Positions 9,799 to 19,073 of a DNA stretch of 37,764 nucleotides are shown here, piece by piece. The position numbers were made by a program, and so were the translations under genes. The notes beneath the pieces were generated by a model. That model was not told the origin of the DNA. It ran no database searches and was given only the letters and a program-made list of their open reading frames with translations. Within the stretch, counting starts at the first letter, position 1, and every line of letters begins with the position of its first letter. The stretch is from an uncultured Candidatus Saccharibacteria bacterium (GTDB lineage Bacteria; Patescibacteriota; Minisyncoccia; Minisyncoccales; PEYH01). The stretch lies in the NCBI GenBank assembly GCA_964644805.1, contig CAZXXF010000001.1:1-37764 (forward strand), in the 5' to 3' direction.

Positions 9799-11013
9799 TT
9801 AAAAGGCAATTGTGGAAAGATTCTTGTAGAGGGGAAGGAAAATGGAAAGGACCAATCCCGCGATCAGCCCGCCGACAATGATAATCATTACCGGCTCAAT
9901 AATACTTATAAGACCGTCAATGCTTGAATAAACTTCAACCCTGTAAAAATCGGCTATTTTCGTGAGCGCCTCGTTTAATCTGCCCGTTCTCTCGCCCACT
10001 TTTACCATCTGAACCACTGTCGGAGCCATGCTTTTTGGATGTTTTGCCAAAACATTGCTTAAAGAATCCCCTTTCCGAACGCTGTCTCGGGCGTCTATGA
10101 TGATATTCTGGTATGTTTGATTGGACACGATGCCTCTTACCACGTCAAGACTCTGGGTAATGGGAAGACCGGCAAAAATAAGAGTTGAAAGATTTTCGGC
10201 GATCTGGATAACATAAATTTTTCTCATAATTTTGCCTATCACCGGAAAATTAAGAGCAAGATGGTTCCAATATTTTTTCCCCTCCGGGGTCTTGACATAA
10301 AAAACAAGCCCAAAAACAGCAAAAATTAAAAATACGGCTATCATCCACCAAAATTTTTGCAAAAAACTTCCAAAAGCGATAACGAGCATTGTTATTTTAG
10401 GAAGCTGGACCTCTAACGAGGCGATTGTTTCGGTAAAGCTCGGAAACACGAAAAAAAGCATCAAAATTCCAATAACGGCAAAAACCACCAAAACAAAGGC
10501 CGGATAAATCATTCCCATCCTTATTTTAAGATAAAGATTATATTCTCTTTCCAAATTTTCAGAGAGATATTTCAGGGTGTCCGAAAGCTTTCCGGATGCC
10601 TCTCCCGATTTAATCATATTAATGAAGAAAGAGGAAAATATTTTTGGAAAGCGGGCAAGGGCATCTGAAAAATACATCCCGCCCTCAACTTCATCGGCCA
10701 CTTTTAAAATAACTTCTCTTATTTTTTGTTTTTCCGACTGAAGGGCGATGGTTCTTAATGCGTCAACAAGGCCGATTCCGGATTTTACCATCAAAGAAAG
10801 CTGTCTTGAAAAATTCATTATGTCTTTTTTCCCTATCCGGTTAAAAACATTTAATTCTCGGGCATAAAATGGCCTCCTTTCTTCGGGCTCTAGAAAGGTA
10901 ATATAAAGATCCTGTTCCTGCAAAAGCGAAACCGCCCTTTGACGGCTCGGAGCGTCAATGGCTCCCAATTGGATAAGGCCGTTTTTTGTTCTGGCTTGAT
11001 ATTGAAATTTCAT
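9799..11013 (-). CDS. pilC: Type IV pilus platform protein (GspF/PilC family)
   Basis: 404 aa with two repeated GspF-type halves and three hydrophobic segments. It follows the two ATPase genes. Confidence 0.9.
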   Translation of the reverse strand: MKFQYQARTKNGLIQLGAIDAPSRQRAVSLLQEQDLYITFLEPEERRPFYARELNVFNRIGKKDIMNFSRQLSLMVKSGIGLVDALRTIALQSEKQKIREVILKVADEVEGGMYFSDALARFPKIFSSFFINMIKSGEASGKLSDTLKYLSENLEREYNLYLKIRMGMIYPAFVLVVFAVIGILMLFFVFPSFTETIASLEVQLPKITMLVIAFGSFLQKFWWMIAVFLIFAVFGLVFYVKTPEGKKYWNHLALNFPVIGKIMRKIYVIQIAENLSTLIFAGLPITQSLDVVRGIVSNQTYQNIIIDARDSVRKGDSLSNVLAKHPKSMAPTVVQMVKVGERTGRLNEALTKIADFYRVEVYSSIDGLISIIEPVMIIIVGGLIAGLVLSIFLPLYKNLSTIAF

Positions 11014-12101
11014 CTTTTAAGCAATTCTTTTAATTCTTGGGGATGGGGCGAAAAATTATAGGCATTTTCTGCGGAAATCTTTTTTTCTTTTACAAGGATT
11101 GCGATTGACTGGTTCAAACTCATCATTCCGTCTTGAAGCGAAGTCGTGATTACGAGAGGAATTTCGTGAATTTTATTTTCCCTGATAAGATTCGCTATCG
11201 CGGGGGTGTTGAGCATAATTTCGGCGACAGGAATTAATCCCCCCCCGTTTCTTGGAACAAGTCTTTGAGAAACAATGCCCAAAAGAGAACCGGATAATTG
11301 AGCTCTGACCTGGATTTGCCTTGCCCCTGAAAAGCTATCAACGATTCTGTGAATTGTTTGGGCGGCGGAATTTGTATGCAGGGTAGCAAAAACAAGATGT
11401 CCGGTTTCTGCAGCCGTAACAGCGGTTGATATTGTTTCCGGATCCCTCATCTCTCCAAGCATTATTACATTCGGATCTTGACGAAAAGTAGATCTAAGCG
11501 CCTTTGCGAAAGATCTGGTATCTATGCCAACCTCTCTTTGATCTATCACCGACAAATCATCTTCGAAAAGATATTCTATCGGATCTTCTATCGTAATAAC
11601 ATGATCAGCCCTTGTGTGGTTGATTTCATCGATCAAAGAAGCAAGGGTTGTGGATTTCCCCTGATTGGAAGGGCCCGTAACCAAAACTAATCCCTGGGTC
11701 GCCCTTGTAAAAAGATGAAGAATCGGAGGAAGATTTAATTCTTCCGGAGTGGGAATTTCCATTCTGATAAAGCGCAAAACGCAACTGACTGATTCTTGCT
11801 GAAAATAAGCGTTTCCCCTAAACCTTCCCTTCGCCTGATACGGATATGAAAAATCAACCTCTTTCTCTTGCAATAGTTTTGCGAATTTTTCTTTTGGAAG
11901 GATGGTTTGGACTAAATTGAAAAGATCTTTAGCCGAGAAAATCTCTTTTTCTTCAATTTGCCCAAGTCTGCCGGAAATTCTGATGATCGGCTTCCTGTTT
12001 GAAGAAAGATGGAGATCTGACGCTTTATTGCTTATCGTAATCTCCAATAATTCGTGAAATATTTTTAAATAGTCTTTCATAAAATTTTTCTTAATATTCA
12101 A
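11010..12101 (-). CDS. pilT: Type IV pilus retraction ATPase (PilT family)
   Basis: 363 aa. Walker A GPSNQGKST, Asp box/Walker B VIMLGEMRD, His box TGHLVFATLHTN. ATGA overlap with pilC. Confidence 0.85.
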   Translation of the reverse strand: MNIKKNFMKDYLKIFHELLEITISNKASDLHLSSNRKPIIRISGRLGQIEEKEIFSAKDLFNLVQTILPKEKFAKLLQEKEVDFSYPYQAKGRFRGNAYFQQESVSCVLRFIRMEIPTPEELNLPPILHLFTRATQGLVLVTGPSNQGKSTTLASLIDEINHTRADHVITIEDPIEYLFEDDLSVIDQREVGIDTRSFAKALRSTFRQDPNVIMLGEMRDPETISTAVTAAETGHLVFATLHTNSAAQTIHRIVDSFSGARQIQVRAQLSGSLLGIVSQRLVPRNGGGLIPVAEIMLNTPAIANLIRENKIHEIPLVITTSLQDGMMSLNQSIAILVKEKKISAENAYNFSPHPQELKELLKR

Positions 12102-13830
12102 ACTCCGTTGCTCCGATAATTTCTTCTATCGCTGTGAGTCCCTCCATCGCCTTTAAAATTCCGTCCTGCCTCATCGTAAGCATTCCCTGTTTTTTTGCTT
12201 CCCTTAAAATTTTCTCTTCGTTTGGCTGAGACAAAATAATTTTGCTTAATTCTTTGGTCATTTTTAAAATCTCAAAAAGGCCTATCCTCCCGGAATAACC
12301 GGTGCCTCCGCAGTCAATGCACCCCTCGCCCTTCCAAACATAAAATTCCGAACCTGCAAATTCAGCCCGCCTTCTGCTGCGCGCCGGCAGATCGACCATT
12401 GATTCTGAAATAATCTCTCTAATTTTTAAATCGGGCACAATTCTTTTTTTGCATTTTTGGCAAACCCGCCTGACCAGTCTTTGGGCCAAGACAACATTTA
12501 ATGTCGCGGGAATTAAAAAAGGCTTAACCCCCAGGTCGATTAACCGGGGGATTACTCCGACCGCATTATTGGTATGAAGCGTTGAAATAACAAGGTGCCC
12601 CGTAAGCGCGGCATGGATAGCCAATTCGGCTGTTTCTGAATCTCTTATTTCTCCCACCATGATAATATCGGGGTCTTGTCTTAAAACATGACGCAGACCG
12701 TTCGCAAAATTGTATCCGATCTCCGGCTTTACCTGCGATTGGTTTATCCCCTCTATATAATATTCTATCGGATCTTCAAGCGTGATGATATTGGCCCCCT
12801 CTTTATTCAAAGACTCTAAGACAACATAAAGGGTGGTTGTTTTTCCGCATCCAGTCGGACCAGTGGCAAGCAACATTCCATAAGGCGACGCTATCGCTCC
12901 CTTAAGAACTTCAAGCGCGCCGGCTCTTAATCCAAGACTATCAAAGTTTTGGAGTCTTTTCTGCGGATTAAGAACCCTCATTACCACTTTTTCTCCAAAA
13001 AAGGTTGGGAAAGTTGAAACTCTGAAATCAATATTTTGCTCGTTAATGGCAATTGAAAAACGGCCGTCTTGGGGAATTCTCGTTTCGTCAATCCTTAAAT
13101 TAGCGATTATTTTAATGCGGGAAACTATTGAGGGATGAATTTTCTGCGGCAGAAAAAGACTTGAATGAAGAACCCCATCCAATCTGAAGCGCACTCTGGT
13201 CCGGTCTTTAATTGGTTCAACATGAATATCCGAAGCTCCGCCCTCGATTGAATGTCTCAATATAACCGCCACCATTTTGCTTATGGGCGCTTCTGCTATT
13301 CTTTGGCCGATATCTTCGGGGCGGACAAGCGATATTTCTTTTTCTACTTTTTTTATCTGAAGCTGTTTCTCCAAGTCTTCAAGGGCGGTCTTCACCTCTT
13401 TTTTCAAACTCTGATATTTTCTGAATATTTCGTTGAAGTTGCTCGGAGTAATAAGAAAAACGCGATATTCAAAATCTTGCTGGCGGGCCAAAAATTTAAG
13501 CGCCTCAAGCGCTCTTAAATCATCGGGGTAAACCATCCCTATTTCAAGAAGATTATCTTTTTTTTTAACGGGTATCATCCTGTAATATTGAGCGGAATCC
13601 TTTGGAATAAGCTCCAGCGTTTCGGAGGAAATTTCATTGACGGATATTGTTTTTAAATCCACCCCCAAAATCTCGCCCTTAATCTCATATAAAACACTTT
13701 CAGGGACTAATCTCTTTTCCAGAATAATTTCTTCCTCTCTCTGTCCCGATTCTTTTATTTCTTGTAAAAGAGAGGTGACCTTTGATCGGTCTATTATTTC
13801 CCTTTTTGTTAATTCTTCAATTAAATTCAT
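12091..13830 (-). CDS. pilB: Type IV pilus extension ATPase (GspE/PilB family)
   Basis: 579 aa. N-terminal GSPII-like domain, Walker A GPTGCGKTT, IIMVGEIRD, TGHLVISTLHTN and tetracysteine CQKC...CIDCGGTG. Confidence 0.9.
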   Translation of the reverse strand: MNLIEELTKREIIDRSKVTSLLQEIKESGQREEEIILEKRLVPESVLYEIKGEILGVDLKTISVNEISSETLELIPKDSAQYYRMIPVKKKDNLLEIGMVYPDDLRALEALKFLARQQDFEYRVFLITPSNFNEIFRKYQSLKKEVKTALEDLEKQLQIKKVEKEISLVRPEDIGQRIAEAPISKMVAVILRHSIEGGASDIHVEPIKDRTRVRFRLDGVLHSSLFLPQKIHPSIVSRIKIIANLRIDETRIPQDGRFSIAINEQNIDFRVSTFPTFFGEKVVMRVLNPQKRLQNFDSLGLRAGALEVLKGAIASPYGMLLATGPTGCGKTTTLYVVLESLNKEGANIITLEDPIEYYIEGINQSQVKPEIGYNFANGLRHVLRQDPDIIMVGEIRDSETAELAIHAALTGHLVISTLHTNNAVGVIPRLIDLGVKPFLIPATLNVVLAQRLVRRVCQKCKKRIVPDLKIREIISESMVDLPARSRRRAEFAGSEFYVWKGEGCIDCGGTGYSGRIGLFEILKMTKELSKIILSQPNEEKILREAKKQGMLTMRQDGILKAMEGLTAIEEIIGATEFEY

Positions 13831-14120
13831 TTTTTAGACGGGGTAGGTTGTGTCTGCGGAAGGGAAAAAGGATTTTCTCGCCCAAGACTTTCTTCCCATG
13901 CGGGAAACGACTCGTACGATTCGAGGATTTTCAAAACAGGATTATTCAGGTTGGAAAAATTTATTTGGGGCGGCTCTATTTCTTCCAGACTGATTTCAAT
14001 AAGCATTGATTTTTTCCGAAAAATGTTTAAAACAATCAATATAAAAACTATTATAAGCGCTATGAGAATAATCAAAGAATAAAGATCTTTTCTTTGCGGT
14101 TTGGTAAAAACAATTGCCAT
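13827..14120 (-). CDS. Single-pass membrane protein, PilP-like (tentative)
   Basis: 97 aa with one TM helix. The C-terminal GRENPF resembles the R(D/N)PF motif of PilP-type proteins. ATGA overlap with the pilB start. Confidence 0.4.
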   Translation of the reverse strand: MAIVFTKPQRKDLYSLIILIALIIVFILIVLNIFRKKSMLIEISLEEIEPPQINFSNLNNPVLKILESYESFPAWEESLGRENPFSLPQTQPTPSKK

Positions 14121-14124
14121 ATTT

Positions 14125-14658
14125 TTAATAAGAATAAACCCTTAGCTTCACTTCAAAACTAAAAAGATTTAATCCCTTTTGGGGGGCAGTGAAGGAAATT
14201 TCTTCCACCTCGAAAAGTCGGGCGCTTTTCTCCACCTTTGATAAAAAATTATTAAAAGAAGCGTATGTCCCGACAAGATTGACAAAGATTTTTATCTCTT
14301 TGATTTTTTTTATTTCTTCTATCTCTTTAAATTCCTTTGGCTCGCTTATGCTTATTCTGCTTATGATCAATCCGTTTTCAGCGGTTGTTTTTTCAAAGTA
14401 AGCGATTAGCTTGTCGTAATCGGGATCACTCGGAATAGCCGCAACGACTTTTGCGGCCAATTCTTTATCTTTTCCCAAAGTAAGAAACGTTTCCCTTATT
14501 TTCTGAAAATACTGGCTGTGGTTTTTTAAAAATTCCTCTTTATGGGCTAAATTATGCTGCGCCTTAATATATCCCTGATATTTCGGCCAAACAAACACCA
14601 ATCCGACAAACAGGGCGGAAAAAAGACAAATTAAAATGACGATTTTTGGATGTTTCAT
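14125..14658 (-). CDS. PilO-like pilus alignment protein
   Basis: 177 aa with an N-terminal TM helix, a coiled region and a C-terminal alpha/beta part. Called from its position after pilM and the pilN-like gene. Confidence 0.5.
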   Translation of the reverse strand: MKHPKIVILICLFSALFVGLVFVWPKYQGYIKAQHNLAHKEEFLKNHSQYFQKIRETFLTLGKDKELAAKVVAAIPSDPDYDKLIAYFEKTTAENGLIISRISISEPKEFKEIEEIKKIKEIKIFVNLVGTYASFNNFLSKVEKSARLFEVEEISFTAPQKGLNLFSFEVKLRVYSY

Positions 14659-15194
14659 TTTATTATAAGGGCGCTTGAGCTGAAAAAAACTTCAATTTTA
14701 AATCCTATTTTGCCGTCCTCTACCCGATCGGCATCGGAAAGAAATACTTTTTCAATTTTCGGCTTTTCTTTTTCTAACGCTCTTATTTGCTGCGCCAAGC
14801 TAATCATATCGCTGGACGTGCCGGTCAAAATCGCCTTATTGTCTCTCAATACTAACGATATTGAGTTAAAAACAACTTTTGGATGGACATTGTTTTCTAT
14901 TATAGAAAATGCGCTTGTGGAGATTACGTGTCTTTCGATGAGTCTGGGCAGGGCGTCAAGCTTTTCTTTATAATCGTAAGCTTGTTTTTTCATATTTTGC
15001 TGTTCTGGCGTACTGATCTTTTTTAACTCTTCTTCGACGGCTTCTAAAGATGCGCCTACCTTTCGGGTATTTATGTTAAGCGCGAAAAAAGCGCCTATTG
15101 TGCCTATAAGCACCAATATGGAAAACCAAAACAAAAACGAAGCTGCAAACGATTCTCTTTCTACTACTTCTTCCTGAGGAATGACTTTTACCAT
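14655..15194 (-). CDS. PilN-like pilus alignment protein
   Basis: 179 aa bitopic protein immediately downstream of pilM, with a 4-nt overlap with the next gene. Confidence 0.5.
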   Translation of the reverse strand: MVKVIPQEEVVERESFAASFLFWFSILVLIGTIGAFFALNINTRKVGASLEAVEEELKKISTPEQQNMKKQAYDYKEKLDALPRLIERHVISTSAFSIIENNVHPKVVFNSISLVLRDNKAILTGTSSDMISLAQQIRALEKEKPKIEKVFLSDADRVEDGKIGFKIEVFFSSSALIIK

Positions 15195-15197
15195 AAA

Positions 15198-16274
15198 TTA
15201 TTTATTTACTCCTCTTAAAGCGGCACCTACTGCTATTGTAAATTCAGGTCCTATTCTTTTCAAGATCAGCTCCAATCCCGGAGGGTAAGAAACATCAACG
15301 AAAGGATCTCCTATTTCTATCGGCACGCGAAATGCTTCGGCAAAATAATCTCTTAGGCCCGGAAGGGAAGAATTGCCTCCAGCAAGAATAATTTTTTCAG
15401 CTTTTTCTTTTTCTTCAAGAAAATAATTGTTCAAAATATTTTTTGTTTCTTTAACGACAGACTCAATCAGGGGAAAAATAATATTTTTTATCGTTTCTTC
15501 CTTTTTAATGCCGTATATTTTTTTAATAATTTTGGCTTTACGAACATCTATATTTAATTTCTCCGATAATGTACGGACAATTTCCTGGCCGGCGATATCA
15601 ATGCTGTGAGAAACTCTTAGAACGCTTTGGGAAACAATGTTAATGGTTGCGCTTCTTTCTCCAAGATCTATAAGGCATACTGTCGCACGGCGGTCTTGAT
15701 ATTTTATAAGCGCCCTTGCAAGAGAAAATGCTTCGCTCTCAAGGGCGGCGATTTCCAATCCGATAGCTTTTGCTATCGCCTGATATTGATTGATTGTTTC
15801 GTTGGGAACGGCGACCAATAACACTTTAAGGGGTGAGCGGCCATCAAATTGAGGAGCCCCTTTCACTATTTCCCAGTCAAGAGTCACGTCGGCAAGCGGC
15901 ATGGGAATGTGGCGCGGAGCTTCATATTTGACGGCCTCTTCTAATTCTTGCTTGCTCATCGAAGGCAGCTGGAAAGTGGTAAAAAAAGTGGCGTAATCGG
16001 GAATGGCAAAAAAAGCTCTTTTTTTCTTTATCTTCGCTTCTTGCAATACCGCGCCCAGGGCGCTGATTATCATTTCTTTTGAGAGAAAAATCTCTTTGCT
16101 GTATGAAACGACATCGCTTGCCCGACCGAGAAAATATTCTGTCCTCAATTGTCCGTAATTTTCCAACCTTCTTCCGCCCGCTCCGCTTATTTCAACCACT
16201 TTAAGCGAGGCGCTTCCGATGTCTACTCCCAAAAAACTTTTTGAACCGAGCATTCTAAGTGGATTAAAGCCCAT
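15198..16274 (-). CDS. pilM: Type IV pilus assembly ATPase-fold protein PilM
   Basis: 358 aa with an actin-like fold. N-terminal phosphate-1 motif LGVDIGSASLKVVEI. First gene of the pilus operon. Confidence 0.85.
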   Translation of the reverse strand: MGFNPLRMLGSKSFLGVDIGSASLKVVEISGAGGRRLENYGQLRTEYFLGRASDVVSYSKEIFLSKEMIISALGAVLQEAKIKKKRAFFAIPDYATFFTTFQLPSMSKQELEEAVKYEAPRHIPMPLADVTLDWEIVKGAPQFDGRSPLKVLLVAVPNETINQYQAIAKAIGLEIAALESEAFSLARALIKYQDRRATVCLIDLGERSATINIVSQSVLRVSHSIDIAGQEIVRTLSEKLNIDVRKAKIIKKIYGIKKEETIKNIIFPLIESVVKETKNILNNYFLEEKEKAEKIILAGGNSSLPGLRDYFAEAFRVPIEIGDPFVDVSYPPGLELILKRIGPEFTIAVGAALRGVNK

Positions 16275-16359
16275 ATTTGATTTATTATATCACGATCAGC
16301 TTTTTTTATGTAATAATTAATTATATATTATCTTTGCGGATGGCGCATCTCCGACAAGA

Positions 16360-17073
16360 ATGATTAAAAAATTATATAAAATTTTTCTGGATCTGTTTTT
16401 CCCCAAAAAATGCATTAATTGCGGCAAGGGAAAAGATTTTATATGCGAAGACTGTTTTTCAATTATTGAAATTTTAGAGAATGATTATTGCCCCTTTTGC
16501 TTCCCCCCAAAAATCACGCCCGGAGGAAAAACTTGTTCTTTCTGCAAAAAAGATTATTTTTTGGACGGATTGATCTGCGCAACCAACTTAGAAAATATTG
16601 TGGTAAAAAAAGCAATCCATCTTTTCAAATATCCGCCTTTTTTAAAAGAATTGTCGCGCCATCTCTCTTATTTAATTATAAATCATTTGAAATTAACAAA
16701 CAACGAATCAAGATTCCGTAATTTTATTCTAACGCCCATTCCCATCTCAAATAAAAGACTTTCATTCAGGGGTTTTAACCAATCCGAAGAAATAGCCCAA
16801 GAATTATCTTCGCTTTTAAATTTGCCCATGGAAAAAATTATCCGCAGGATAAAAAACACAAGCCCCCAAACAACGCTTGACAAAGACCATAGGCGGAATA
16901 ATGTTTTAAACGCTTTTATTATTGAAGAAAAATTTCAGCAAAAAATCAAAGAGAAAAATATTCTTTTGATTGACGATGTTTTGACAACCGGAGCGACAAT
17001 AAATGAAGCCGCGAAAATTTTAAAAGAAAACGGCGCTAAAAGCGCATGGGGAGCGGTTATCGCGAGAGAATAG
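16360..17073 (+). CDS. comFC: ComF family phosphoribosyltransferase-like competence protein
   Basis: N-terminal double Cys pairs (CINCG...CEDC, CPFC...CSFC) and a C-terminal PRT motif ILLIDDVLTTGATINEA. Divergent from pilM. Confidence 0.85.
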   Translation: MIKKLYKIFLDLFFPKKCINCGKGKDFICEDCFSIIEILENDYCPFCFPPKITPGGKTCSFCKKDYFLDGLICATNLENIVVKKAIHLFKYPPFLKELSRHLSYLIINHLKLTNNESRFRNFILTPIPISNKRLSFRGFNQSEEIAQELSSLLNLPMEKIIRRIKNTSPQTTLDKDHRRNNVLNAFIIEEKFQQKIKEKNILLIDDVLTTGATINEAAKILKENGAKSAWGAVIARE

Positions 17074-17083
17074 AATCCCGAAG

Positions 17084-17171
17084 CGGAGGGGGTGGGAATC
17101 GAACCCACAACTCCGTTTTTGGCGGAGTACAGGTTAGCAACCTGCTGCCTTGCCTTTCGGCGCACCCCTCC
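17084..17171 (-). tRNA. tRNA-Ser (anticodon GCU)
   Basis: The reverse complement folds as a cloverleaf: acceptor GGAGGGG/CCCCTCC, anticodon loop TTGCTAA, long variable arm, T arm GTGGG-TTCGATT-CCCAC. No encoded CCA. Confidence 0.9.
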
Positions 17172-17181
17172 GTATTCCATC

Positions 17182-17210
17182 AGTTTATTTTAAAAATGAT
17201 TTGGGGTCAA
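17182..17210 (-). promoter_or_regulatory. Promoter of tRNA-Ser
   Basis: Minus strand: TTGACC, 17 nt, TAAACT, ending 10 nt before the mature tRNA 5' end. Confidence 0.5.
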
Positions 17211-17308
17211 TAAAAAATTAAAGTATTGAAATTTTTTCAAAAAAAATTATACAACTAAAATTTTTATTAAAAAATTAAAGTATTGAAATTTTTTCAAAAA
17301 AAATTATA
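17211..17308 (+). repeat. Perfect 41-bp direct repeat (17211-17251 and 17268-17308), period 57 bp
   Basis: TAAAAAATTAAAGTATTGAAATTTTTTCAAAAAAAATTATA occurs twice, identical base for base. Each copy contains TTGAAA and an A/T palindrome. Confidence 0.9.
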
Positions 17309-17310
17309 AT
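17283..17310 (+). promoter_or_regulatory. Promoter of tRNA-Glu (inside repeat copy 2)
   Basis: TTGAAA (17283-17288), 16-nt spacer, TATAAT (17305-17310), 14 nt before the tRNA. Copy 1 has TATACA at the -10 position. Confidence 0.5.
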
Positions 17311-17324
17311 AAAATGGCTGAATC

Positions 17325-17399
17325 GGCGCATTCGTCTAGCGGTTAGGACATGGCCCTTTCAAGGCCAAAATACGGGTTCGATTCCCGTATGCGCCACCA
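17325..17399 (+). tRNA. tRNA-Glu (anticodon UUC), CCA encoded
   Basis: Acceptor GGCGCAT/ATGCGCC, anticodon stem TGGCC/GGCCA with loop CTTTCAA, T loop TTCGATT, 3' ACCA. Confidence 0.9.
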
Positions 17400-17477
17400 G
17401 CATTAAACCTTAAACCATCCCGGGCCGCGACTTTTTATGAAAACTGGCCAATCGTGTTAGAATTCGGATTCAAATTT

Positions 17478-19073
17478 ATGGGCTCGGCAGAAGAAAAATA
17501 TTATCTTTCCGTTTCTTATGCAAAAGATCTCCTAAAAAAGAGAGAGAGATTTGTCTACCGCTTATTTGAAATGCTACCGGGTTTTTTAAGCTGGATTACG
17601 ATAATAAGCGCGATTATTTTGTGCGGAATAAGGCCCTTTTGGATGGCTATTTTTATTGTTTCCTTCGTTTTCTATTGGTTCGCAAAGGCGATTTATTTTT
17701 CCGCCCATCTTAAGCTTGGCTACAGAAAAATGAAAGAAAACCAGAAAATTGATTGGTTAAAAGAGTTGGAATCCCTGCCAAAAAATAAATATTCCATTCC
17801 CATAAACGATTGGCGGGAAATTTATCATTTAATAGTTCTGCCAATGTACAAAGAGCCGATTGAAATAGTGCGCGAGTCTCTTAACTCAATCGTCAAATCG
17901 GCATATCCTAAAGAAAAAATGATTATTTTTCTTGCCCTTGAAGAAAGGGCGGGGAAACACTCTCTTGAAATAGAAAAAATGGCTAAAAATGAATTTGGCG
18001 ACAAATTTTTTCATTTTGAGACTGTGCTTCATCCGGCGAATCTGCCCGGAGAAATCGCGGCAAAGTCAGCCAATGAAACCTGGGCCGCCAGACGGGCAAA
18101 AAAGTTCGCAGATCAAAGAAAAATAGATTATCAAAATATCATTTTTTCTTCTTTTGACATAGATACTGTTATTTATCCCCACTATTTCTCCAGACTGTCT
18201 TTTTGCTATCTCACCTCTAAAAATCCGACTCGGGCAAGCTTCCAGCCCATTCCCCTTTTTCTGAATAATATTTGGCAGGTGCCTTTTATTTCAAGGATTT
18301 TCTCTTTTTCCACAACCTTCTGGCACCTGACCAATCAGGAGCGGGAAGAAAGGCTTATAACATTTTCTTCCCATTCAATGTCTTTTCTTCCCCTCATAGA
18401 AGTGAATTTCAAAAAAAGCGACGTCATTTCAGACGATTCAAGAATTTTTTGGCAATGTCTCCTGAAATATGACGGAGATTACCGTACGGTTCCTCTTTAT
18501 TATCCCATTTCTATGGACGCCAATATGAACCGGAGTTTTTTTAAAACAATGTTAAGCATATATAAACAACAAAAAAGATGGGCTTACGGGGCGGGCGATA
18601 TCGCTTATTTTTTGTTTGGCTTTATAAAAAATAAAAAAATCCCGCTGAGAAAAAAAATCAGTCTTGGCTGGGAATTAATAGAGGGGCATTGGAGTTGGGC
18701 TTGCGCCCCTGTTTTGCTTTTCCTGCTTGGATGGCTGCCAACCACAATAGGCGGCTATGCTTTTTCTCAAAGTCTTATTGGGTATAACCTTCCAAGAATC
18801 ATAAGCAAAATTTTAACAATCGCCATGGTCGGATTAATCACCTCCGCTTATTATGCTTTCTATATCCTCCCTCCGAAAACAAAAAAAAGGCGGTTTAATG
18901 TTGTTTTCATTTTTTTGGAGTGGCTTCTTTTGCCAATGACAATGATTTTCTTTACGGCCCTGCCGGCTTTAAGCGCGCAGACGCATTGGATCTTAGGAAG
19001 ATATATTTCTTTTTGGGTGACGCCGAAATCTCGCGGATCTATAAAAACTACTCTAAAAGAGCAATCTCTTTAA
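17478..19073 (+). CDS. Membrane-embedded family-2 glycosyltransferase (processive synthase-like)
   Basis: N- and C-terminal TM helices flank a GT-A domain with LPMYKEP, FDIDT, ISDDSRIF and QQKRWAYG (a Q-x-x-R-W motif). ATG at 17478 is preferred; the ORF track starts at GTG 17454. Confidence 0.8.
   Translation: MGSAEEKYYLSVSYAKDLLKKRERFVYRLFEMLPGFLSWITIISAIILCGIRPFWMAIFIVSFVFYWFAKAIYFSAHLKLGYRKMKENQKIDWLKELESLPKNKYSIPINDWREIYHLIVLPMYKEPIEIVRESLNSIVKSAYPKEKMIIFLALEERAGKHSLEIEKMAKNEFGDKFFHFETVLHPANLPGEIAAKSANETWAARRAKKFADQRKIDYQNIIFSSFDIDTVIYPHYFSRLSFCYLTSKNPTRASFQPIPLFLNNIWQVPFISRIFSFSTTFWHLTNQEREERLITFSSHSMSFLPLIEVNFKKSDVISDDSRIFWQCLLKYDGDYRTVPLYYPISMDANMNRSFFKTMLSIYKQQKRWAYGAGDIAYFLFGFIKNKKIPLRKKISLGWELIEGHWSWACAPVLLFLLGWLPTTIGGYAFSQSLIGYNLPRIISKILTIAMVGLITSAYYAFYILPPKTKKRRFNVVFIFLEWLLLPMTMIFFTALPALSAQTHWILGRYISFWVTPKSRGSIKTTLKEQSL

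Noticed and set aside
17211-17308. The 41-bp direct repeat as a possible mini CRISPR array
   Set aside because: There are only two copies, a 16-bp spacer, extreme A/T content with promoter hexamers, and no cas genes. It is better explained as a duplicated promoter block.
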